From Candidatus Spongiisociaceae bacterium (GTDB lineage: Bacteria; Actinomycetota; Acidimicrobiia; Spongiisociales; Spongiisociaceae): a stretch of 64,000 bases of DNA. A program made the translations under genes and the position numbers. The DNA lies in contig OZ241841.1 of the NCBI GenBank assembly GCA_965202665.1, positions 128,001-192,000 on the forward strand. The letters are read 5' to 3'. The notes under the pieces were generated by a model, which saw only the letters and a list, made by a program, of their open reading frames with translations, had not been told where the DNA came from and did not search any database. Below, piece by piece: positions 29,721 to 40,065 of this stretch (the first letter of the stretch is position 1; every line of letters starts with the position of its first letter).

Positions 29721-30644
29721 TCATCGGGCGGGAGGCGGGTCGTCCCCCGCCGCTGGCTCCAAATCTGCCAACTCCCGTCCGGCCGCTTCGATGTCGGTCT
29801 GATGTTTCAGGGCGACGTGCAGGGTGGAGCGGGCCGTTTCGGCGTCCAGGCGGGAGGCCCCCAGAGTGAGGAGGGTGCGGGCCCAGTCGATGGATTCGCT
29901 CACCGAAGGGGCTTTCTTCAACGGCATGTCCCGCAAGCGGCGGACGATGCGGGCCAGGCGGTCGGCCAGTTCGGCGGGCAACCCGGGCACCCGGCTGAGC
30001 AGGATTTCCCGTTCCCGTTCCACCTGCGGGTAGTCCAGATGCAGGAACAGGCAACGGCGTTTCAGGGCCTCCGACAACTCGCGGGTGTTGTTGGAGGTGA
30101 GAACCACCAGCGGGTGGGACTGCGCCTGCAAGGTGCCCAGCTCGGGTATGGACACCTGAAAGTCGGATAAAACCTCCAACAGCAGGGCTTCGGTTTCCAC
30201 CTCCACCCGGTCCACTTCGTCGATCAGCAACGCCGCCGGCTGCGCGGAGCGGATGGCTTCCAGCAGGGGCCGTTCCAGCAGAAAACCGGAGGTGAAAATG
30301 TCGGCTTCCAGGCTTTCCCATCCGGCGTCGCGGTCGGCCTGGATGCGCAACAGCTGCTTTTTGTAGTTCCATTCGTAGAGGGCTTTGGACTCGTCCAAAC
30401 CTTCGTAGCACTGCAGGCGGATCAGCCTTCGCCCCAGGGCGGCGGCCAGCGACTTGGCCAATTCGGTTTTTCCGGAACCGGCCGGGCCCTCCACCAGCAG
30501 GGGCTTGCCCAGCCGTTCGGCCAGAAAGGCGACGTTGCTGATATGTTCGTCGGCCAGGTAGCCGACTTTTTGCAGGGCGTCCCCCACCGCGGCGGGGGAA
30601 GCGAAATTTGCCAACTTGACTCCCGGGATCGTTTCCGGGCGCAA
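29721..30644 (-). CDS. MoxR family AAA+ ATPase (CoxD-like)
   Basis: LVEGPAGSGKT, RLQCYEGLD, LIDEVDR, LTSN, ALKRRC. Confidence 0.92.
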   Translation of the reverse strand: MRPETIPGVKLANFASPAAVGDALQKVGYLADEHISNVAFLAERLGKPLLVEGPAGSGKTELAKSLAAALGRRLIRLQCYEGLDESKALYEWNYKKQLLRIQADRDAGWESLEADIFTSGFLLERPLLEAIRSAQPAALLIDEVDRVEVETEALLLEVLSDFQVSIPELGTLQAQSHPLVVLTSNNTRELSEALKRRCLFLHLDYPQVEREREILLSRVPGLPAELADRLARIVRRLRDMPLKKAPSVSESIDWARTLLTLGASRLDAETARSTLHVALKHQTDIEAAGRELADLEPAAGDDPPPAR

Positions 30645-30646
30645 TG

Positions 30647-31153
30647 CTACCCGCCGGTCAGGGCCGCCACCATCCGCCGGGAACGTTCCGGTATCGGCTC
30701 ATCGGGAAAAACGGCTTGGACGGCTTCCATAACCCGGCGGGCGGTGGTGAAACCGAGTATTCCCAGCAGGGTTTTCACGTCTTCCGCGTCGGCGCGGCGG
30801 GCGGACATGACTTTCATGGCCAGCATCCGCTCCGGGGAGGCGGCGGCCACCCACAGGGACGAATGGTCGAACACCACCCTCTCCCTCGCGTCCCCGCCCC
30901 GGGTAATGCAGGAGGAGGCCCGCTCGTTCAACCAGGAGTCGGGCAATCCCCGGCGTCGGGCGACTTCCCGCACCGCCTCGGTCAACTCGGCGCACCCCCC
31001 GGCGGCCGGCTCGTCAAGGGGCGTGTGCCGGTCGCGGTCGTAGGCCAGGGCCATGGCCGCCCCGCCCACGATGTAGACGCGGGCGCTCACCCGCCGCCTA
31101 GACAAAATCTCGGCCACTTCCGTAAAACAGGCCTGCGTCTCTCCCCGGTTCAT
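30647..31153 (-). CDS. DUF6036-like nucleotidyltransferase (putative toxin)
   Basis: YIVGGAAMALAY, GLPDSWLNE, MLAMKV..AR..D.ED. Start at ATG 31153. Confidence 0.7.
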   Translation of the reverse strand: MNRGETQACFTEVAEILSRRRVSARVYIVGGAAMALAYDRDRHTPLDEPAAGGCAELTEAVREVARRRGLPDSWLNERASSCITRGGDARERVVFDHSSLWVAAASPERMLAMKVMSARRADAEDVKTLLGILGFTTARRVMEAVQAVFPDEPIPERSRRMVAALTGG

Positions 31154-31542
31154 CACACCACTTTCAGTTCCCGTTCGGCCAGCAACGTGCCGTGGGCTTC
31201 GAAAGCGGCCGGGGAATGAACCCGGTCCTCCATGCGGAAGAAAGTCCATTCCGGGGGGAGGATGAACCAGAAACCGTCCAGGTAACGTCCCGGTTGGAAC
31301 ACCCAGTCGGGGGCGCGCAACCGGTCGTGATAGCAACGGTATTCGGCGTAGGCGGCCAAAAAGGCGTCCCAGGGCGGGGTGACCGGGCCCGGTTCTTCGG
31401 CTATCAACGACAACCTTTCCCGAAGGGGGGTGTCCTCCCAGCGCAGGCCGAACTCGTGGGCTATCAGGCGCAGGCGATGCAGATCGTCCGTTTCCCTCAA
31501 CAACGGGACGTAGGCGGCCAAAGTGGGCGGAAACATGGTCAT
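31153..31542 (-). CDS. Putative partner (antitoxin-like) of the DUF6036 nucleotidyltransferase
   Basis: EEP....WDAFLAAYAEY...APDW...R.L..FWF...SPAAF..HG pattern typical of genes preceding DUF6036. TGATG coupling. Confidence 0.62.
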   Translation of the reverse strand: MTMFPPTLAAYVPLLRETDDLHRLRLIAHEFGLRWEDTPLRERLSLIAEEPGPVTPPWDAFLAAYAEYRCYHDRLRAPDWVFQPGRYLDGFWFILPPEWTFFRMEDRVHSPAAFEAHGTLLAERELKVV

Positions 31543-31681
31543 CCCGCCCCGTATGCTACCCGTCCCCGGCCCGGCTCCCGCCCGCCCGTCGGAGGGCGGC
31601 GGGGCGGGCAAATCTTTCGCCGGGGGGCGATAGGGCACTAACCTTATATTCGTACAAGCTAGCGGGGGTTTACGCAACCTT

Positions 31682-33010
31682 ATGCGCATAATTATTGTCG
31701 GCGCGGGCGCGGTCGGGACTTTCCTGGCCGAACGTCTGGCGGGCGAAGGCCAGGACGTGGTTGTCATCGAAACCAACGACCGCCGCGTTGATGAGATACG
31801 GGAACGGCTGGACGCGCTGGTGATAACCGGCAACGGGGCCAGCTCCTCCGTTCTCACCGAAGCCGGAGCGGAGCGCAGCGACCTGTTGCTGGCCGTCTCC
31901 GCCAACGACGGGGCCAACCTGCTGGCCTGCCACGCCGCCAAAACCTTGGGGGTGAAACGCACCGTGGCCCGGGTGCAGGACCCCGACTTGCAGGAGGGCA
32001 TAGAGGGCCTGTCGGTGGACATGGTCATCAACCCGGTGGAGTCGGCGGCGGAGGAAATCTCCACCCTGGTCAGCGAATCGGGGGTTTCGGAACTGATCGA
32101 CTTCGGAGAAGGCCGCCTGTCGCTGGTGGGGGGGACCGCCACCGGCCTGTCGCCGCTGGTGGGGCCGCCGTTGAGCACCTTGCAGAACCGGGTGAACGGG
32201 TTCGGATGGCTGGCCATCGCGGTGGTGCGGGACGGGCTGACCATCGTGGCCCGTGGCGACACCACCATCCAAGAAGGCGACCACCTGCTGTTGATGGTGA
32301 AAACCGAGCATGTGGACCGGGCCAAAGAGCTGATCGGCCTCAACAAACGGGAAATCAGCCGTTGCCTGGTGGTGGGCAGCACCCGGGTGGCCTCCCAAAC
32401 CGCGCAACTGCTGTTGGAAAAAGGGGTGGACGTGGTGGTGATCGACCGGGACCGGGCCCGCAGCGAGCGGATGGCGGAGGAGAACCCGTCCGCGTTGGTC
32501 ATCACCGGCGACCCCACCGACCCGGAGGTGCTGGGCGGATTCGACATCACCGAAGACGCGGTGGTGGCCCTCACCGGGGAGGACACCACCAACCTGATCG
32601 CCTCGCTGGTGGCCAAAGCCCTGGGGGCCCCCACCACCATCAGCCGCGTCACCCGCATGAGTTACGTGGGGTTGCTGGCCGGGATCGGGGTGGACACCAC
32701 CGTTTCGGTGCGGCTGGCGGCGGCCAACTCCATTCTCCGTTTCGTGCGCCGGGGGACCATTCATTCGGTGGTCACCTTCTCCGACACCGACGCCGAGGCG
32801 GTGGAGTTCGAGGTGGATTCGCAGTGCGGCATAGTGGGGCGCACCCTCAACGACATTCCCCTCCCGTCCGGGGCGGTGGTGGGGGGCATCTTGCGCGAGG
32901 ATCAAACCCTGGTGCCGTCCGGGGCCACCGAAATCCGCCCCCGGGATCATATGATCATTTTTTCGCTTCCGTCGGCCATGGCGGAAGTGGAAAGCCTGTT
33001 TTCCCGGTGA
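31682..33010 (+). CDS. trkA: Trk potassium uptake NAD-binding subunit TrkA
   Basis: MRIIIVGAGAVG; duplicated TrkA-N/TrkA-C architecture. Confidence 0.93.
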   Translation: MRIIIVGAGAVGTFLAERLAGEGQDVVVIETNDRRVDEIRERLDALVITGNGASSSVLTEAGAERSDLLLAVSANDGANLLACHAAKTLGVKRTVARVQDPDLQEGIEGLSVDMVINPVESAAEEISTLVSESGVSELIDFGEGRLSLVGGTATGLSPLVGPPLSTLQNRVNGFGWLAIAVVRDGLTIVARGDTTIQEGDHLLLMVKTEHVDRAKELIGLNKREISRCLVVGSTRVASQTAQLLLEKGVDVVVIDRDRARSERMAEENPSALVITGDPTDPEVLGGFDITEDAVVALTGEDTTNLIASLVAKALGAPTTISRVTRMSYVGLLAGIGVDTTVSVRLAAANSILRFVRRGTIHSVVTFSDTDAEAVEFEVDSQCGIVGRTLNDIPLPSGAVVGGILREDQTLVPSGATEIRPRDHMIIFSLPSAMAEVESLFSR

Positions 33011-34521
33011 AAAAGGGAACCGGGCCGCCGGGGAAAAGCCGGATTCTGGCCGCCCTGCTGGGCAACCGGGGGCATATGTTCGGGCGGCTGGCGTTCGTCA
33101 TCGGGTCGGTGGTGGCCGCCTCCGGCATCGCCATGCTCCCCGCGGCGGCGGTTTCTTTCATCTACCGGGAGTGGGAAACCGGCTGGGGGATAGCCTTGGC
33201 CTCGGCGGTCACTTTCGCCTGCGGGGCCGCCAGCCGCCGGATCTTCGGGCGGCCCGGCAACCTGACCACCAAGGAGGGTTTCGCGGCGGTGGGCCTGTCG
33301 TGGCTGGCCATGTCCCTGTTCGGCACCCTCCCCTATCTGCTGAGCGGGGCCATCGGCAACGCCACCGACGCCTTTTTTGAAACCGCCTCCGGGTTCACCA
33401 CCACCGGGGCGTCGGTGGTGCCCGACCCGTCCCTGCTCCCGCATGGGATACTGCTGTGGCGGTCGCTGACCCAGTGGATCGGGGGGATGGGGGTGATCCT
33501 GCTGTCGCTGGCGGTGCTGCCCCTGCTCGGTTCGGGCGGGGTGCAGTTGGCCCGCGCCGAGTCGCCCGGCCCGGAACCGGACCGCCTCACCCCCCGTTTC
33601 CGGGAAACCGCCAAGCGCCTCTGGTACGTTTACGCGCTCATCACCCTCGCCGAGGCCCTGTTGCTGTGGGCGGGGGACATGAACCTGTTCCAGGCGGTCA
33701 ACCACGCTTTCACCACCATGTCCACCGGCGGATTCGGCACCGAGGCGGCTTCCATCGGGGCGTTCGGGGCTTACACGCAGTGGGTGGTGATCGTGTTCAT
33801 GTTCATCGCCGGCTCCTCCTTCGCCCTCCATTTCCGGGCCGTTCGGGATCCGGGCCGTTACTGGCGCAACACCGAGTTCCGTCTCTACGCGGCGATTATT
33901 TTGGCGGCGGCGGTGATTATCGCAGGGGGGTTATGGGGGTCGGGGGCGGGCGATGACATTCGGAACTCCCTGTTCACCGCCGTGTCGCTTATCACCACCA
34001 CCGGCTACGCCACCGCCGACTTCGGCTTGTGGATACCGGCCTTGCAGATTCTGGTGGTGGGCCTGATGTTCGTGGGGGGGATGGCCGGGTCCACCGCCGG
34101 GGGCATCAAAACCTTCCGCCTGGGGGTGCTGGTGAAGGCGGCGGCCAACGATTTGCGGCGCATCATTCATCCCCGGGCGGTGTTTCCCACCCGCTTCGGG
34201 GCCAGACGGGTGCCGGATCCGGTGGTGGAAAGCGTGCAGAGCTTCTTTCTGTTTTTCATGTTTCTGTTTATGACCGGCACTTTCCTGATGGGTTTTCTGT
34301 CCGCCACCTTCGGCCCGGAACTGGACATCGTGGGGGCGGTGTCGGCCACGGCCAGCGCTTTGGGCAACATCGGCCCCGCTTTGGGCGATTTGGGTCCCTC
34401 CGGCAACTATCTGTCCGTCACCTGGCCCGGGAAGTGGACGCTGTCTTTTCTGATGATCGCCGGGCGGCTGGAGGTTTTCCCGGTGTTGCTCCTGTTCACC
34501 CGCTCCCTGTGGCGCCGCTGA
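33007..34521 (+). CDS. trkH: Trk potassium uptake membrane subunit TrkH
   Basis: FFETASGFTTTGAS, WIGGMG, STGGF, GSTAGGIK, GRLE. Start GTG 33007 or ATG 33076. Confidence 0.93.
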   Translation: MKKGTGPPGKSRILAALLGNRGHMFGRLAFVIGSVVAASGIAMLPAAAVSFIYREWETGWGIALASAVTFACGAASRRIFGRPGNLTTKEGFAAVGLSWLAMSLFGTLPYLLSGAIGNATDAFFETASGFTTTGASVVPDPSLLPHGILLWRSLTQWIGGMGVILLSLAVLPLLGSGGVQLARAESPGPEPDRLTPRFRETAKRLWYVYALITLAEALLLWAGDMNLFQAVNHAFTTMSTGGFGTEAASIGAFGAYTQWVVIVFMFIAGSSFALHFRAVRDPGRYWRNTEFRLYAAIILAAAVIIAGGLWGSGAGDDIRNSLFTAVSLITTTGYATADFGLWIPALQILVVGLMFVGGMAGSTAGGIKTFRLGVLVKAAANDLRRIIHPRAVFPTRFGARRVPDPVVESVQSFFLFFMFLFMTGTFLMGFLSATFGPELDIVGAVSATASALGNIGPALGDLGPSGNYLSVTWPGKWTLSFLMIAGRLEVFPVLLLFTRSLWRR

Positions 34522-34714
34522 AAAATTCGGGTTCAGTCAAGTTAAACCTTGAGGGGGTTCATCGGCTGAGGGCTTCTTCCGGGTTTCGGACAACGGAGAC
34601 CGGGAGGCTGATCCAAAGAGGGCCTTCAATGAAATGGTAGCCTCTTCCGCAAAGCCTGCGTTGTTCCATCAGATGGATCTGGACTGAACATCACGTCATA
34701 TAATCCGGGATGCG

Positions 34715-35050
34715 TCAGGACATCAAACGCTCAACGTCTTCAATCAGAACCGGCAGTTTTTTTATCAGTACGTTCCAAACTTGCTCATTTTCAATTTGTC
34801 CGTATTCATGCGCTAAAACATTTCGCAGTCCGATTATTTTTCGATATTCAGTGATATTTTCGAGCAGATGAGGGTCTAATTTTGCTAATGCAATCAAGGC
34901 AATACCGATATTTTCCAAAGAGCGCTCCACGCCCAAGCGGAGCCATTCGTCATTTTCGTAGAACTTCAGATCCTTGTCTTGGATCTTCTCGGTGATGCCG
35001 ACGGCAAAGTATTTTATGTCATACAGAAATTTCCATGCCCTATGATTCAT
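34715..35050 (-). CDS. HepT-like (DUF86) HEPN RNase toxin
   Basis: IIGLRNVLAHEY (RX4HXY motif), VW. Confidence 0.87.
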   Translation of the reverse strand: MNHRAWKFLYDIKYFAVGITEKIQDKDLKFYENDEWLRLGVERSLENIGIALIALAKLDPHLLENITEYRKIIGLRNVLAHEYGQIENEQVWNVLIKKLPVLIEDVERLMS

Positions 35051-35351
35051 AAACCACCACCCTGCTTTCCGCTACCGCACGATCAAAATACGGATTCCGG
35101 TACGAATCCTTGGCGGCCAGCAGGTCCACTTTCCGTCCGTACAGGGCCACCAGCGCCTCCTGGAAATCTAGGTAGAACCAGCAACGCTTTGAGGCCTTAT
35201 CATTAAATTTGACCAAGAAATCCAGGTCGCTATCGTCGCGGAATTCTCCTGTAACCGCCGAGCCGAACAGCTCCAAGCGAGCCACATTGTGCTCTTGGCA
35301 CAGTCTTCGCAACTCCGGCAACCGGTTTTCAATTAAGTCGATCATCGCCAC
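35040..35351 (-). CDS. MntA-like minimal nucleotidyltransferase antitoxin
   Basis: LFGS...G.....SDLDFLV, GRKVDL. Overlaps the HEPN gene. Confidence 0.87.
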   Translation of the reverse strand: MAMIDLIENRLPELRRLCQEHNVARLELFGSAVTGEFRDDSDLDFLVKFNDKASKRCWFYLDFQEALVALYGRKVDLLAAKDSYRNPYFDRAVAESRVVVYES

Positions 35352-35428
35352 CTCCGACCGTTCGCGACGCTATTCTAACACGCTTGGTTTGGAGAGTATC
35401 ACGGGCCGGGCTTTCGCCCCCCGGCGGG

Positions 35429-36547
35429 TTAGTCGGTGGTTAGGACCACCATTTGGTCGCGGTGTATTACCTCTCTTTCCCAGCCGGAGTCGGCGGAGCG
35501 GCGGCCCATCACCGAGGCAAGTTTGCCGGAGTCGAGGCCGGCTACTCCTTTTGCCACCAGCTCTCCCCGCGGGTCGCGGATTTCCACCGCCGCCCCGGCT
35601 GCGAACTCCCCTTCCACCCCGGTTACCCCCACCGGCAGCAAAGAGCTCCCCCGTTCCGTCACCGCCCGGGCCGCTCCCTCGTCCACGTTCACCGCCCCCT
35701 CCGTCCGCTGCCCGAAGGCCAGCCACAGCTTGCGGGCCGAAAGTTTGCCGGCGCGGGGAATCACGTAGGTGCCCACCGCCCGGCCCGCTACGATGTCGGA
35801 CACCGCCCCCTCCCGGTCGGAGCGGGCCACTACGGCGGGGATGCCCGACCAGGCCGCCATCTGCGCGGCCGCCACTTTGGAGGAAACCCCGCCCGACCCC
35901 ATCGGCCCCGACTCCCCCCGGGAAATTTCCTCCAGAATCGGGTCGGCGTAACTCACTTCGGTCAGCAACCGGGCCGGACCCGACCTGGGATCGGAGGAAA
36001 AAAGCCCTTCGGTGTCGGTGAGGATAATCAGCGCCCCCGCCCCTATCAGGTGGGAGACGATGGCCGCCAAACGGTCGTTGTCGCCCACCCGCAGGCCTTC
36101 CACCGCCACCGTGTCGTTTTCGTTCACCACCGGCACGATTCCCCCCTCCAGCATCCGTCCCAGGGCGGCGCGGGCGTGCAAATACTGGGAGCGCATGGCC
36201 AGGATGTCCCGGGTGATGAGAACCTGGCCCACCGCGTATCCGGCGGCGGCGAAGGCCCGGTGATATTGGACGATAAGCCGGGTTTGCCCCACCGAGGCCG
36301 CCACTTGCAGGCCGGTGATGTCCGCCGGGGCCTCCCCCAGGCCCGCCCGGCCGGCCGCCACCGCCCCGGAGGTGATGAGGGCGGTCGGGTAGCCGGCCTC
36401 CCGCAGGGAGCGCACCTGGCCCACCACCCGTTCCACCGCCCCCTCGTCCACCCGCCCTCCGGCGGCGATGAGGCTGGAAGAACCCACTTTGAGGGCCACC
36501 GGCGACCCCGGGGCGACCGGGCGGCGCGCAGCCGCTCCCTCAGTCAT
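35429..36547 (-). CDS. proB: Glutamate 5-kinase
   Basis: KVGSS, SGAVAAG, VNENDTV, GDNDRL, C-terminal PUA domain. Confidence 0.95.
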   Translation of the reverse strand: MTEGAAARRPVAPGSPVALKVGSSSLIAAGGRVDEGAVERVVGQVRSLREAGYPTALITSGAVAAGRAGLGEAPADITGLQVAASVGQTRLIVQYHRAFAAAGYAVGQVLITRDILAMRSQYLHARAALGRMLEGGIVPVVNENDTVAVEGLRVGDNDRLAAIVSHLIGAGALIILTDTEGLFSSDPRSGPARLLTEVSYADPILEEISRGESGPMGSGGVSSKVAAAQMAAWSGIPAVVARSDREGAVSDIVAGRAVGTYVIPRAGKLSARKLWLAFGQRTEGAVNVDEGAARAVTERGSSLLPVGVTGVEGEFAAGAAVEIRDPRGELVAKGVAGLDSGKLASVMGRRSADSGWEREVIHRDQMVVLTTD

Positions 36548-37787
36548 CGGTGAACTCAAACGACAGGTCGCCGATGCGAACCTCGTCCCCCGGGCGGGCC
36601 CCCGCCTCCCGCAAAGCGTCGTCCACCCCCAGCCGGCGGAGACGGCTGGCGGCCAGGGAAGCGGCCCCGGTCATGGTCAAATCGTTCAATCCCACCGCCC
36701 GTTCCGCCAGCCGTCCGCTCACCTCCCAGGCCCCGTCCGTCCGCCGCACGGTGAAAGTTTCCATCGGACGGTGCAGCACGTAGCCTTCCCGGCCGGCCGG
36801 GGACTCCTCATGCTCGGCCTTTTGCACGGCGTCGGCGATGCGGTGCAGGGCCTCCTCCAGCCCGGCCCCGGTGACGGCGCTCACCATCCCCACCTCCCCC
36901 GCCTGCTCCCGCAGGGCGTCGGGAACCTCCGGGGACAGGTCCGCTTTGGAAATCAGCACCACCCGCGGGCGGGCGGGCAACCCGGGATGGTAGGCCTCCA
37001 GCTCCCCGAGCAACGTCCGATACTGCAACTCCAGCGGGTCGGTCTGCAAAGGGGAGGGGTCCAGCAGCATCACCAGGGCCCGGGCCCGTTCGCAGTGGCG
37101 CAGGAAGGCGCGTCCCAGCCCTTTTCCTTCGGAGGCCCCGGCGACCAGGCCGGGAATGTCGGCCAGCACGAACTCCCGCTCCCCCACCGCAACCACCCCC
37201 AGGTTGGGTTCCAAAGTGGTGAAGGGATAGTCGGCGATTTTGGGGCGGGCGGCGGACACCCGGGAAATGAAAGTGGATTTGCCGGCGTTGGGGTAGCCGA
37301 TGAGGGCGGCGTCGGCCAGCAGTTTCATTTCCAGCGTGAACCAGGCCCCGCTCCCGTACTCCCCCTGTTCGCAGAAGGCGGGGGCCCGGCGGCGGGGGGA
37401 GGCCAGGGCGGCGTTGCCCCGTCCGCCGCGGCCCCCGGTCAAAACCCGCACCCGTTGGCCGGGGGACAGCAGATCGGCCGCCAAACGGCCCTCTTCGTCG
37501 AACACCGCCGTTCCGGGGGGAACGGGGAAGCGCAGGTCCTCCCCCCGGCGGCCGTTCCGCAGGTCGCCGGAGCCGTGCGTTCCTTTGCCCGCTTTATGGT
37601 GGGTGCGGCGCCGGTAGGCCTGCAAGGTGGAAAGGGAAGAGTCGGCGATTATGACCACGTCCCCTCCGGCCCCCCCCGAACCTCCGGCCGGTTTGCCGCG
37701 CGGGCGGCGGCCCTGTTGCAGGAAAGAAACCGCCCCGGCCCCGCCGTCGCCGGAACGGAGGCGGACCCGAACCCGGTCTACGAACAC
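36540..37787 (-). CDS. obg: GTPase ObgE/CgtA
   Basis: Gly-rich Obg fold, GYPNAGKST, YPFTTL, DIPGL, FLRHCER. Confidence 0.96.
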   Translation of the reverse strand: MFVDRVRVRLRSGDGGAGAVSFLQQGRRPRGKPAGGSGGAGGDVVIIADSSLSTLQAYRRRTHHKAGKGTHGSGDLRNGRRGEDLRFPVPPGTAVFDEEGRLAADLLSPGQRVRVLTGGRGGRGNAALASPRRRAPAFCEQGEYGSGAWFTLEMKLLADAALIGYPNAGKSTFISRVSAARPKIADYPFTTLEPNLGVVAVGEREFVLADIPGLVAGASEGKGLGRAFLRHCERARALVMLLDPSPLQTDPLELQYRTLLGELEAYHPGLPARPRVVLISKADLSPEVPDALREQAGEVGMVSAVTGAGLEEALHRIADAVQKAEHEESPAGREGYVLHRPMETFTVRRTDGAWEVSGRLAERAVGLNDLTMTGAASLAASRLRRLGVDDALREAGARPGDEVRIGDLSFEFTDD

Positions 37788-37804
37788 CGCGTCCGCGTGC
37801 TCCC

Positions 37805-38056
37805 CTATTCGGGGAGAACGCTCACGCAGCGACGACGATGGCGGGTGTGGTACTTGACCGTGCCCGGAGCCAGGGCGAACAGGGTGTCGTCCCCGCCCCG
37901 GCCCACGTTGCGGCCGGGAAAAATGCGGGTGCCGCGTTGCCGCACGATGATGGCCCCGGCGTTGATCCGCTGGCCGTCGAACACTTTGGGGCCCAGCCGT
38001 TTGGCCGCCGAGTCGCGTCCGTTTTTGGTGGAGCCGCCGCCTTTGGTTTTGGACAT
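37805..38056 (-). CDS. rpmA: 50S ribosomal protein L27
   Basis: [25 protein letters not shown]. Confidence 0.97.
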   Translation of the reverse strand: MSKTKGGGSTKNGRDSAAKRLGPKVFDGQRINAGAIIVRQRGTRIFPGRNVGRGGDDTLFALAPGTVKYHTRHRRRCVSVLPE

Positions 38057-38057
38057 T

Positions 38058-38435
38058 TCAATCCTCCTCCCCGTTCTCCCCGCCGTCCCCGTTTCCCCCG
38101 TCGTCCGGTCCGTTTTCCCCTTCGGTTGCTTCGCCGATGCCTACGATGCGCAACCTGGTGTATCTTTGCCGGTGGCCCATGCGGCGGCGGTAGCCGGACT
38201 TGTTCTTGTATTTGAAGATGTCCAGTTTATCCCCCCGCACCTCCCCCTCCACTTCGGCCGTGACCGGCATTTCCTCCAAGCGGGCGCGGTCGGTCACCGC
38301 CTTCCCCTCCCCGTCCACCACCAACAGCGGCGTGAAAGTCACGGTTTCGGAGGCGCCTTTCAGCAACTCCACGTCGATGACGTCGCCGGCGGCCACTTTG
38401 GATTGTTTGCCGCCGGAGCGGATGATGGCGTACAT
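38058..38435 (-). CDS. rplU: 50S ribosomal protein L21 (acidic C-terminal tail)
   Basis: [18 protein letters not shown]. Start ATG 38435. Confidence 0.96.
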   Translation of the reverse strand: MYAIIRSGGKQSKVAAGDVIDVELLKGASETVTFTPLLVVDGEGKAVTDRARLEEMPVTAEVEGEVRGDKLDIFKYKNKSGYRRRMGHRQRYTRLRIVGIGEATEGENGPDDGGNGDGGENGEED

Positions 38436-38520
38436 TATCGCCTGCCTCTGTCGGGGGTTGCGCGGGTTAACCGGGCCATTATAGGCGGCGCCCCCCGTTT
38501 TTCCCAACCGGGCGCGCCGT

Positions 38521-40065
38521 TCATCGGCGGCGGCGGTCCCCGTTGCCCGAACGGGGATGGGAAATGGGGGCCCCGGTGACGGCGGCCGTCTCGTGCAGCA
38601 GAAGCCCCCGGCCCTCGCATTTGGGGCAGGGTTCGGAGAAAGCCTCCAGCAGCCCGCTGGACACGTTTTTGCGGGTCATTTCCACCAGGCCCAGGCTGGA
38701 AACCTCGTGCACCTGGGTGGTGGTCTTGTCCAAAGCCAGCGTTTCCCGGAGGCGGCGCAACACCGCGTCCCGGTTGCGGCGGCGTTCCATGTCAATGAAG
38801 TCGATGACGATGATCCCGCCGATGTCCCGCAACCGCAACTGGCGGCCCACCTCCTCGGCCGCTTCCAGGTTGTTGCGCAGCACCGTGTCCTCCAGGTTGG
38901 AGGTGCCCACGAATTTTCCGGTGTTGACGTCGATGACGGTAAGGGCTTCGGCCCGGTCGATGATGAGATGCCCGCCGGACGGCAACCACACTTTGCGTTC
39001 CAAGGCCCGGCGCAGCTGGTCGTCCACCCGAAAACGTTCAAACAGCCCCTGGTCGTCCTCCCCGGCGCACTCCACTTTGGACACCAGTTGCGGGGCGAAG
39101 CCCTCCAGGTAGGATTTCACCTGCTGAAAAGCGTCCCGGTCGTCGATGAGCAAGCGCCGGAAGTCGGGGGTGAAATGCTCCCGGATGACCCGCGACAGCA
39201 GATCCGGTTCCTGGTACAGCACGCGGGGGGCTTTGCCGTTCTGGGAGCGGTTGCGGATGCTCCGCCACTGATTCACCAGCCGGGAAATGTCGGAGCGGAT
39301 TTCCTCCCGGGAGGCCCGCTCGGCGGCGGTGCGCACGATAGCCCCGTACCCTTTGGGCCGTTCCGACTCCACGATGTTGCGCAATCGCACCCGCTCTTTG
39401 TCGGGCAGACGGCGGGAAATGCCCACCGAATCATCGCTGGGCATCAGCACCAGATGGCGGCCGGACAGAACCACCTGGCTGGTCAGCCGGGGCCCTTTGG
39501 TGCCCATGGCGTCCTTGTCCACCTGCACGATGATGTTTTCCCCCGATTTGAGCAGTTCCTCGATGCGGGACCCGTTTTTGGGGGCTTGTTTAGCGGCGAT
39601 CACATCCGCCGCGTAGAGGATGCCGTTTTTCTCGGCGCCGATGTCCACAAAGGCCGCCTCCAGGCCGGGCAGGACGCTGCGCACCTGTCCCAGGTAAATG
39701 TTGCCCACCAGCGACTGCTGATCCGACAGGTGCACGTAGTGTTCCACCAGGCGCGGCCCTTCCAGCACCACCGCCTGCGTCTGATGGGGGCGCACCCGCA
39801 CCAGCATCTGCTTGCGTCCGGTGGGGGGCGGAACCACTCCGGCGTCGGAGAAGGTGCGCCGGCCGGAGCCGGGGGCGGGCCCGCTCCGGTTCCGCGGACG
39901 GCGGGCGGGGCGGGGCCTCGGTTTTTTAGCGGGGGCGGATTCGGCTTCCTGAACCCGCCGCACCTGGACGGTTCTTACCCCCACCTTCCTGGTGCTCAGC
40001 TCCTCGGTCGGGGAATCACCTACCCCGCGTCTCAGGACTGTTGCTTTGCGTCGAAACAACGGCAT
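38521..40065 (-). CDS. rne: Ribonuclease E/G
   Basis: GNIYLG, AAFVDIG, IDVNTG, LRDIGGIIVIDFIDM, CPKCEG. Confidence 0.93.
   Translation of the reverse strand: MPLFRRKATVLRRGVGDSPTEELSTRKVGVRTVQVRRVQEAESAPAKKPRPRPARRPRNRSGPAPGSGRRTFSDAGVVPPPTGRKQMLVRVRPHQTQAVVLEGPRLVEHYVHLSDQQSLVGNIYLGQVRSVLPGLEAAFVDIGAEKNGILYAADVIAAKQAPKNGSRIEELLKSGENIIVQVDKDAMGTKGPRLTSQVVLSGRHLVLMPSDDSVGISRRLPDKERVRLRNIVESERPKGYGAIVRTAAERASREEIRSDISRLVNQWRSIRNRSQNGKAPRVLYQEPDLLSRVIREHFTPDFRRLLIDDRDAFQQVKSYLEGFAPQLVSKVECAGEDDQGLFERFRVDDQLRRALERKVWLPSGGHLIIDRAEALTVIDVNTGKFVGTSNLEDTVLRNNLEAAEEVGRQLRLRDIGGIIVIDFIDMERRRNRDAVLRRLRETLALDKTTTQVHEVSSLGLVEMTRKNVSSGLLEAFSEPCPKCEGRGLLLHETAAVTGAPISHPRSGNGDRRRR

Noticed and set aside
34531-34689. 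MITE-like element bounded by GTTCAGTC(A/C)AG inverted repeats between trkH and the HEPN toxin
   Set aside because: Only a 10/11-bp match, no target-site duplication, and no second copy in the window.
34715-35351. HEPN/MNT pair and hicBA as novel systems
   Set aside because: Both are well-known toxin-antitoxin families with canonical motifs.
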